Source of the DNA: Azolla caroliniana
Taxonomy: Eukaryota > Plantae > Polypodiophyta
Direction: 5' to 3'
Assembly: GCA_043228905.1 (NCBI GenBank)
Contig: JBHGNT010000786.1
Coordinates: 1 to 15,722 of the forward strand
DNA: 15,722 nt
In this document: positions 8,415-15,722 of the stretch, piece after piece
How the letters are laid out: each line of letters begins with the position of its first letter
Position numbering within the stretch: the first letter of the stretch is position 1
Program-made: the position numbers and the translations under genes
Notes under the pieces: model-generated
The model's database searches: none
The model's input: only the letters and a program-made list of their open reading frames with translations
Told to the model about the DNA's origin: nothing

Positions 8415-8536
8415 AGCCTGTAGGATTCAAAGCTCCATCGTTTCTCGGATTCCAAAAGTTTTTCTTTTGTACGAGAACAGGACGCAAGTTTCGCTTTACT
8501 CTGCCCTGCCCAAGCGCTACCTATTCCCTCATTCAG
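8415..8536 (+). CDS. Dscam1: Exon 6 variant 20 (frameshift): corrected EPVGFKAPSFxSDSKSFSFVREQDASFALLCPAQALPIPSFR
   Basis: 122 nt; two bases short at TCGTTTCTCG relative to paralog variant 14. Confidence 0.72.
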
Positions 8537-8627
8537 GTAATACCTTAAAGTCAAAGTATATACTTTTTGTCATAGATTGGCAAAAATCCTAAAATCTTTC
8601 CTATGTATTAATGAAACCATAATTCAG

Positions 8628-8717
8628 TCCTTCCTTTGCGAGTTACAAATTTTTGTGATAAAATGTCCAATTTACTCTACCATATCGCTACTATGCCCTG
8701 CCCAAAGATTTCCTAAA
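8628..8717 (+). pseudogene. Dscam1: Decayed internal fragment of a variant-19-like exon (SFLCELQIFVIKCPIYSTISLLCPAQRFPK)
   Basis: Shares ACTCTACCATAnCGCTACTATGCCCTGCCCAA with variant 19; no EP start, acceptor or donor. Confidence 0.8.
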
Positions 8718-8862
8718 AACTTGGCTGTCGAGTTAAGGGATTCAGAATCTTTGATACAGCAGTTGGAAAAAAATAAGTTCTCTGTGTTTGACTCAAGGTC
8801 TTCCGCTCCCGCATTTGGGTATTAAAAAAATAGTTTTTTTATAATCCTCCCGCTTATTTCAG

Positions 8863-8989
8863 AGCCTGTGGCCGGTGTAGCACCGAAGGCAAAGGATATA
8901 AGTGTGTCTAGCTTAAATATTGAAATTAAAGTAAGCGGAGTTGGTTTTCTAACTTGTATGGTTCAAGGATTTCCAGCACCAGTTTTCAG
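8863..8989 (+). CDS. Dscam1: Exon 6 variant 21: EPVAGVAPKAKDISVSSLNIEIKVSGVGFLTCMVQGFPAPVFR
   Basis: 127 nt, open; selector-like CCGCTCCCGCATTTGGGTA at ~8803-8821. Confidence 0.88.
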
Positions 8990-9460
8990 GTAGGGTAATT
9001 AATGTTTACGTGGCGGTTATAATGTGTGATTTCCCGAAAAAACTCGTTTTTTGTAAGCATATAACTGTTTTAGAAGTTCTATTTGGACTAAAAAAACTTC
9101 CTACGCAAAAAACTGAGCAACTTAAAAAATTTAAAATGGCTTTAAAGCATAATGAATAAGCCTCCATTGGCATTCTTTGGTGTAACATAAATTGGCTTTT
9201 CTTCTATTGGCATATAAATAGGGCGCACCCAATTTCCCTACAGCTGTCCTTGATCACCATTCATGCATTATTTTATTTAGAATCTAATGGAAAATTATTC
9301 AAAATGTTCTTTTTGTAGATTAGTAGAAAAAAAGGTCTTTCTTAGTGAAGATAAATCTAATATACTATGTCGTTTCATCTTCTTCATTTAACATAAGCAT
9401 TGGTACCCTTTCCTACGTAAATTTGTCTCAATTTGATTATTAGGATATCTATATTTTTAG

Positions 9461-9590
9461 AACCTACGGGAAAAATCGCACCAAAAGTGGCCTGGTCAAA
9501 AATACGACGGCGGAAAAATATATTTAGCTTCTCTCAATACAACCACAGTACTTACGTGCGATGTAGTTGGTTATCTGTTCCAGCGTTTAG
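9461..9590 (+). CDS. Dscam1: Exon 6 variant 22 (+1/-1 indels): corrected EPTGKIAPKVPGQKYDGGKIYLASLNTTTVLTCDVVGYPVPAFR
   Basis: 130 nt, AG/GT; extra G at GTGG and missing C at TATCT; selector AAGCATTGGTACCCTTTCCTAC at 9395-9416. Confidence 0.72.
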
Positions 9591-9643
9591 GTAATTTAAT
9601 TGGGAATTATTAGTTTCTAACAAGTTCTTCTTTATTATTCTAG

Positions 9644-9770
9644 AACCAACCATAACATATCACCGAAGCTAGTCGAACAAAAAGTTCGTTTTACATTAAT
9701 AATAGGTGAAAGAAACAAATATATTTTTATAATGTGCCCTGTGGTAGCCTATCCTACACCCTCATTCATG
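9644..9770 (+). CDS. Dscam1: Exon 6 variant 23 (-1/+1 indels): corrected EPTNNISPKLVEQKVRFTLIIGERNKYIFIMCPVVAYPTPSFM
   Basis: AG/GT bounded; one A missing in ACC(A)ATAAC and an extra base at the donor; as read, the frame hits TAG. Confidence 0.68.
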
Positions 9771-9824
9771 GTACGTTTACGTTCCGGTAACATTTTTTTC
9801 GCAAATTTTCATTATTTCTCTCAG

Positions 9825-9955
9825 AACCCGACCAATAACGTGGCGCCGGAAAAAAGTAGGCGCGGAATTCGGCGGGTGGAGAGTTTCTAACGTTCCACCA
9901 ACGGTACATCTTGGCTTACCTGTCAAGTAAGCGGTTTTCCCGTCCCAAGATTTTT
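9825..9955 (+). CDS. Dscam1: Exon 6 variant 24 (several indels): approx. EPTNNVAPKKVGAEFGGWRVSNVPPNGTSWLTCQVSGFPVPRFL
   Basis: 131 nt; homologous to intact variant 26; about three single-base run indels. Confidence 0.65.
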
Positions 9956-9997
9956 GTAAGTTAATTTTCTTTAGTTTTATTTTATCTATTTTTATAG

Positions 9998-10128
9998 AAC
10001 CTACGAGTAACGTGAGTCCCAAAAAAGATCTCGTAAAGTTCGAAGGGCTGGCAAGTAGTGATAGTTGGTCAGAACAATACTTGCTGGCTCACGTGTCAAG
10101 TTACTGGGTTTCCAGTGCCACGGTATCT
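9998..10128 (+). CDS. Dscam1: Exon 6 variant 25 (+1 indel): corrected EPTSNVSPKKDLVKFEGWQVVIVGQNNTCWLTCQVTGFPVPRYL
   Basis: 131 nt; extra base at GAAGGGCTGG. Confidence 0.72.
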
Positions 10129-10268
10129 GTAAGTATTTTCATCAATTACAGGGTTGTATTGTTTCGACTTTTCCTACAATTTACTCCTTTCAAACTGTTA
10201 GGTTAAAATGATATATGGTTTGATAATTAAAGCCCCTTTGTAAGCTATATATATACTTTATTTTGACT

Positions 10269-10281
10269 CCCTATTCCAACA
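10269..10281 (+). promoter_or_regulatory. Selector sequence upstream of variant 26
   Basis: CCCTATTCCAACA versus docking complement CCCTATCCCAACA (one G-U). Confidence 0.7.
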
Positions 10282-10557
10282 GGATGCTGGCAAATATTCT
10301 GCTAATAAATGTCAAACTTTTGGTCTTACAAAACAACTATATAACAATATAAAATTCGTGTCTTTATACGAGACGACAATTAGCACAACGTCTAGTCTTA
10401 ACAAGCGAAACTTTTTTCTTATTACGAAAGTTTAACAAACAAAATAAAACTTTACTCAAGTAAACTAGTTTTGGAACGCGGGCTAAATTGTTTCTTTTAC
10501 TTTTTCTGGACCCCTAGTGGGACTTCTTTGAAATCTTAACTTTTTATCGCCTTGCAG

Positions 10558-10687
10558 AACCAACGAATAACGTTAGACCGAAAAAAGATTTTACTAAATT
10601 TGTCGGTTGGCAAGATCTGCAAGTCGCTCAAAACCATACTGCATGGCTGACCTGTCAGGTTACAGGATATCCGGTTCCAAGATATTT
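10558..10687 (+). CDS. Dscam1: Exon 6 variant 26: EPTNNVRPKKDFTKFVGWQDLQVAQNHTAWLTCQVTGYPVPRYL
   Basis: 130 nt, CAG|..TT|GTAAGT, open. Confidence 0.9.
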
Positions 10688-11136
10688 GTAAGTATTTATT
10701 TGAAGCGGATTTTGTCTATTTGTTTATATTAAAAAAATGTTTCCAACGATGGCGGATAAATGTTTGTTTTTCGGATATCTGATCTGATTTTTTATCACGA
10801 CATATGTATAATAAGATTTGAGTCCTATTTTGAGTCAAACCTGTGAGTAGTTGAAACAGTTCCAGTACTAAATTGTGATCCTACTAAAGTTGTTAACAAT
10901 ATACGTTAATATTTGCGTATATTGTGGTTAAAAGTGGACATTTTTCTCTGGAGCTTCTTGGGTTGTTTTAAGCTTAAATTTGTTGTAAATTTCTGTTTAA
11001 CTTCGGGGTAGCGTTGATAATTAGGTCTGTCAAATTCATCAGAATTTGCTATTTAAATATGCACTGTTTGTGATCATGCAAAAGTAACTACTCTTTTGGA
11101 GGCCTGGTGGTGTATTGACGCGTCAAATTGTCGTTT

Positions 11137-13353
11137 TTGGCTATAATTTAATATAATTCTAATAGTATACAAGGGTCAGACAGAAGTTCTGCAATTAAAT
11201 GTGTAGTCGCGTTCCTTTAAAAAATTGCTATAATTTGTTAGGTCGACTTTGAATGGGACAAAAAAAATATTTTAAACTATAGATGGGATAACCATTTTTG
11301 TCAGTGTTGTAAACACATTACTTGGCTATAATTTAATTTTAATAGTATACAAGGGTCAGACAAGAAGTTATGCAATTATATTTGTAGTCGCGTTCCCTTT
11401 AAAAAATGTTATAATTTGTTAGGTCGACTTTGAATCGACAAAAAAAATAATTAAACTGTAGATGGAATGGCAATTTTTGTCAGTATTGTAAACATATTCC
11501 TTGGCTATAATTTAATTTAATTTTAATAGTATACAAGGGTCAGACAAGAAGTTATGCGATTAAATGTGTAGTCGCGTTACTTTAAGATGTTATAATTTGT
11601 TAGGTCTACTTTGAATGGGCAAAAAAAATATTTAAACTATAGATGGGATGACAATTTTTATCTAATATTGTAAACATATTCCTTGGCTATAATTTAATAT
11701 AATTTTAATAGTATACAAGGGTCAGACAAGAAGTTATGCAATTATATTGTAGTCGCGTTCCTTTAAAATGTTATAATTTTTTAGGTCGACTTTGAATCGA
11801 CAAAAAAAAATAATTAAACTGTAGATGGGATGTCAATTTTTTGTCAGTATTGTAAACATATTCCTTGGCTATAATTTAATATAATTTTAATTAGTATACA
11901 AAGGTCAGACAAGAAGTTCTGCGATTAAATGTGCAGTCACGTTCCTTTAAAATTGTTTTAATTTGTTAAGTCGACTTTGAATCGACAAAAAAAAAATAAT
12001 TAAACTGTAGATGGGATGACAGTTTTTGTCAGTATTGTTAACATATTCCTTGGCTATAATTTAAAATAATTTTAATAGTATACAAGGGCCAGACAAGAAG
12101 TTATGCAATTATATTTGTAGTCGCGTTCCTTTAAAAATGTTATAATTTGTTAGGTCAACTTTGAATCGACAAAAAAAAATAATTAAACTGTAGATGGGAT
12201 GACACTTTTTGTCAGTATTGTTAACATATTCCTTGGCTATAATTTAATTTAATTTTAATAGTATACAAGGGCCAGACAAGAAGTTCTGCGATTAAATGTG
12301 TAGTCGCGTTCCTTTAAAAATGTTATAATTTGTTAGGTCGACTTTGAATAAGCAAAAAAAATATTTAAACTATAGATGGGATGACAATTTTTATCAGTAT
12401 TGTAAACATATTCCTTGGCTATAATTTGATCTAATTTTAATAGTATACAAGGGTTAGACAAGAAGTTATGCAATTAAATTTGTAGTCGCGTTCCTTTAAA
12501 AACGTTATAATTTGTTAGGTCGACTTTGAATCGGACATAAAAAAATAATTAAACCTGTAGATGGGATAACAATTTTTGTTAGTGTTGTAAACACATTCTT
12601 TGGCTATAATTAAATTAAAATATAATAGTATACAAGGGTCAGACACGTAGTTCTTCGATTAAATGTGTAGCGCGGTTCCTTTAAAAATGGTATAATTTGT
12701 TAGGTCGACTTTGAATGACAAAAAAAATATTTAAACTATAGATGGGATAACAATTTTTTTCAGTATTGTAAACAAATTCCTTGGCTATAATTTAATATAA
12801 TTTTAATAGTATACACGGGTTAGACAAGAAGTTCTGCGATTAAATGTATAGTCGCGTTCCTTTAAAATGTTATAATTTGTTAGGTCGACTTTGAACGAGC
12901 AAAAAATAAATTTAAACTATAGATGGGATGACAATTTTTATCAGTATTGTAAACATATTCCTTGGATATATTTGATGTAATTTTAATAGTATACAAGGGT
13001 TAGACAAGAAGTTATGCAATTAAATTTGTAGTCGCGTTCCTTTAAAAACGTTATAATTTGTTAGGTCGACTTTGAATCGACATAAAAAATAATTAAACTG
13101 TATATGGGATAACAATTTTTGTTAGTGTTGTAAACACATTCTTTGGCTATAATTAAATTAAAATTTAATAGTATACAAGGGTCAGACACGGAGTTCTTCG
13201 ATTAAATGTGTAGGCGCATCCTTTAAATATGGTATAATTTTGTTAAGTCGACTTTGAATGGACAAAAAAAATATTTAAACTATAGATGGGATAAAAATAT
13301 TTGTCAGTGTTGTAAACATATTCCTTGGCTATAATTAAATATAATTTTAATAG
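11137..13353. repeat. Intronic tandem (satellite-like) repeat, ~182-bp unit, 12 full copies plus a partial 13th
   Basis: Units begin TTGGCTATAATT at ~11137, 11322, 11501, 11683, 11865, 12050, 12233, 12415, 12600, 12781, 12962, 13143 and 13325. The whole unit repeats (AGTATACAAGGGTCAGAC...GTCGACTTTGAA...AGATGGGAT). Confidence 0.97.
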
Positions 13354-13736
13354 TTTTAAAAGGACTTTATGGTGCTACTATGCATCCGCTTCGTTATCCT
13401 TTTAAGGATGGTATATTCAAAGCTCTTTACTTTCCAGTGAGAAATATTTTTCTTGATCTTTGAACATTCGAACATTATACCAAACAAAAATAGTTCTTCT
13501 GCAGAAGGATACCAACAATGTCAATTTAATATAATATTTAATATTTTGTCTGAAAATCTTGAGGCATTTTTTGTATTATTTAATTAATCTACGCCCCTTA
13601 CTTATGAGTTTATGCGGCATGTTGAGAATATTTTTAGATTCTGATTTTTCTGTCTAAGGATGATTTTTTTTGAAAAGGTAGGTTGTTGTTCGAATTCCTT
13701 ATTCCTTTCCTCACAAATCAAAACAATGCAGTTAAC

Positions 13737-13755
13737 GAGTACCCATATCCCAACA
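13737..13755 (+). promoter_or_regulatory. Selector sequence for variant 27
   Basis: GAGTACCCATATCCCAACA versus docking complement GGGTACCC-TATCCCAACA. Confidence 0.8.
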
Positions 13756-13798
13756 AAACAGTGATAATAATATCTAAAAACTACCTTGTTGTCTGTAG

Positions 13799-13926
13799 AA
13801 CAACAAGTAACGTAGCACCGAAAAAAGACGGTAAAAAATTCGAAGGATGGAAGTTCTGCTTATTCCCGAAACGAGTACCGCCTGGCTTACTTGTCAAGTC
13901 ACCGCCTACCCAGTACCACGTTACTT
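13799..13926 (+). CDS. Dscam1: Exon 6 variant 27 (two -1 indels): corrected EPTSNVAPKKDGKKFEGWKVLLIPETSTAWLTCQVTAYPVPRYL
   Basis: 128 nt versus 130 expected; AG/GT intact. Confidence 0.7.
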
Positions 13927-13972
13927 GTAAGTTTTTTGTTCCGAATTACCCTATTGATTTTGTTCTCGCTAG

Positions 13973-14101
13973 AACCCACCAATAACGTTCCTCCGAAAAA
14001 AGACGGAGAAAAGTTTGAAGGTTGGAAGTCACGTTTGTTCCTCGAAACCGAGTCGTTTGGCTTACTTGTCAAGTTACTGGATATCCTGTGCCTAGATATT
14101 T
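13973..14101 (+). CDS. Dscam1: Exon 6 variant 28 (-1 indel): corrected EPTNNVPPKKDGEKFEGWKVTFVPRNRVVWLTCQVTGYPVPRYL
   Basis: 129 nt; one base missing at TGGAAGTC. Confidence 0.72.
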
Positions 14102-14947
14102 GTAAGTATGGTTGTATGCAAGCATTATATTGGCGCATCATTTAAAGGATCAATTTTAAGAGCATGAGTTGGATAATTGTTATATATTGGCAGGTTGAAT
14201 TGAAATTGTACAAGTTGGCACAGTTTAAATGATCTACAAATTGACAGATTTTATAAGCGTGCTAAGTCGTTGTGAGGATTTTTAAAAGAAAATTTTAGTC
14301 CAATTATGAGTACCTAGGATATTTGAAAAGTTTAATCTTCTTACCCATTTATTTTAAATAAATAATAGGACATACCAAAACATATTAATATTCAAGTTTT
14401 GTAAATATTTTCTGGTAAAATTCATCTCTAATATTTTATATTTCCTTTTCTCTTTAGGCGCGTATTTTCAAGTTAAAGTAGTGACACCAAATGTATATAT
14501 TCGATTTTTTGTTTGAGCTGATAGTCTAGTATTATATTAATTCTTCAAGTGAAAAATCAACAAAATCAAGGTAAGAAGGAGCATGATTTTTCAAAAATTG
14601 CGTTTGGATTACCAGTTCGGGGCTCATAGTACCAAAAACTTTTTAAACTTATTATCACGTTCTTACGAACATTAATTTTTTAGTTTTTAAGCAAGAACTT
14701 TTGCACTACAAATTTTTGTTTTCATTGATCTTGATATTTAGAAAGACAGTGTTTTTCGTTTAGTGTGATGAACTTAAATTTCATTATAAAACATATAGGG
14801 TCCCCTCTTCAATGTTTTACTATTAAAATCGTTTAACATACATTCTATTCTATACAAATGTGATATCACACTAGTTGAAATACACTGCACAATTTCGACA
14901 TAGCGAATGAATATACATGATTAGTAATTTTAATTGGTTCGTTTCAG

Positions 14948-15073
14948 AACCTACAAATAATTTACCTCCAAAAATCATCGGGGAACCCATCCCATGGAGG
15001 ATTGGCTCTTTTCGAGAACAAACCGATGGAGTTATACTCTGCCCGTTGTTGGTTATCCAAACCCAATTTTTAA
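14948..15073 (+). CDS. Dscam1: Exon 6 variant 29 (-1 indel): corrected EPTNNLPPKIIGEPIPWRIGSFREQTDGVILCPVVGYPNPIFK
   Basis: 126 nt; one base missing at TGCCCGTT; CAG and GTAAGT sites intact. Confidence 0.72.
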   Translation, partial: NLQIIYLQKSSGNPSHGGLALFENKPMELYSARCWLSKPNF

Positions 15074-15530
15074 GTAAGTCATTTAGTCGAAACTTGCTAC
15101 AGCTTCTTAAGAGTAACAGCTGCTTTTGCATACGATAGAACAATAAATGCTTACTTAATTTGCTTTTAAAAACATATTTTAAAATTCTTTTATTCCTTTT
15201 ATATATCGTATTCTTTTTTGAAATAGAAAAGCGGTTTGTAAAAGTCTGCATTTTTATAGTCATTAAAATATCAAGACAGTTTATACTGTATAGCCGCAGT
15301 TTCTCAAATAATAGCAATGTTTAGAAAATAAGAACATATCGTTTAAAGAGAGAACTAAAGATCTATTTGTTACCTGATCTAGAACAAATTACATCTAAAA
15401 TTACACATAGTTAAGCTTGACCATTGTGTTATTATTTCTCTTAACTTATTTACTTTTAAATACGATTTTTAGATGGCATGGTTTATCTTTATTAAGCTGA
15501 TTGGGCCTGTTCATTATTTAATTAATCTAG

Positions 15531-15628
15531 AACCACCAGACAAATCGGAGGTTTACTGGTATTATTCTTATCCCGTTAATTCTACAAAGACTATCCTAAA
15601 GTTTTTATCAACCATATCCCAAATTCAG
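15531..15628 (+). pseudogene. Dscam1: Exon 6 variant 30, degenerate (98 nt, EPPDK...PYPKFR, no recognisable Ig cysteine)
   Basis: TAG|AACCA start and CCCAAATTCAG|GT end are retained; the middle is shortened, divergent and out of phase. Confidence 0.55.
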
Positions 15629-15678
15629 GTACTTTAATCTGGCTTTATTATATCTACTAACTACATTTGGTTTCCCAG

Positions 15679-15722
15679 AGCCCACAAATAACGTGGCACC
15701 GAAATCATCTGCAAAAAGTATG
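15679..15722 (+). CDS. Dscam1: Exon 6 variant 31, cut by the window end: EPTNNVAPKSSAKSM...
   Basis: CCCAG|AG CCC ACA AAT AAC GTG GCA CCG AAA. Confidence 0.85.

Larger units (their letters stand above)
3234..15722 (+). other. Dscam1: Dscam1 mutually exclusive alternative exon 6 cluster (variable N-terminal half of Ig3); continues past the window end
   Basis: 31 tandem paralogous exons starting AG|(G)AA/AG CCN (EP) and ending ..CPAQG(F/Y)PxPx(F/Y)R|GT. Intact lengths are all 3n+1 (118-130 nt). The upstream docking core CCTGAATGTTGGGATAGGGTAC matches the insect Dscam exon 6 docking site as I recall it. Confidence 0.96.

Noticed and set aside
11281-13293. Repeat-borne GATGGGATA as decoy docking sites
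   Set aside because: Only ~7 nt (TGGGATA) match the docking core, and only in some units; too short to support.
11137-13353. CRISPR array interpretation of the repeat
   Set aside because: The whole ~182-bp unit repeats with no unique spacers, there are no cas genes, and the context is a eukaryotic intron.
3494-15138. Plus-strand ORFs in the supplied track as stand-alone small genes
   Set aside because: Most are splice-bounded Dscam exons with intron read-through or shifted frames. The start codons and N-termini are not homologous between copies.
14871-15317. 148-aa minus-strand ORF (and minus ORFs at 6854, 9777, 13899)
   Set aside because: Antisense shadows of exons plus low-complexity AT-rich intron; no recognisable domain.
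3234-15722. Prokaryotic diversity system (shufflon, DGR or antigenic-variation cassettes)
   Set aside because: Cassettes are bounded by AG/GT splice sites with constant phase and match Dscam Ig3; no recombinase or reverse transcriptase is present.

Overview
Eukaryotic, AT-rich, insect-type genomic DNA from inside a Dscam1 gene (Down syndrome cell adhesion molecule, hypervariable form), on the + strand. The window holds the intron upstream of the mutually exclusive exon 6 cluster, which encodes the N-terminal half of Ig3. That intron has a hairpin-rich, LCR-like region (~2540-2945) and the conserved docking site (~2948-2990). The cluster follows from 3234 to the window end: 31 tandem exon-6 variants (EP..P....LLCPAQGFPxPxFR type, mostly 118-131 nt, AG/GT bounded) plus one decayed fragment. 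Sixteen variants are intact, 12 carry small indels mostly in base runs (likely sequencing errors), 2 look like real pseudo-exons and 1 is cut by the window edge. A 12-copy ~182-bp tandem repeat with higher-order structure sits inside the cluster. Most striking observation: the reverse complement of the docking site reads as an exon-6 3' end plus splice donor (ILQCPREKQGYPIPTFR|GTAAAT). The coding ends and 5' splice sites of the variant exons can therefore themselves act as selectors. No constitutive Dscam exons were recognised. Variant numbers below are positions within this window, not orthology to Drosophila.
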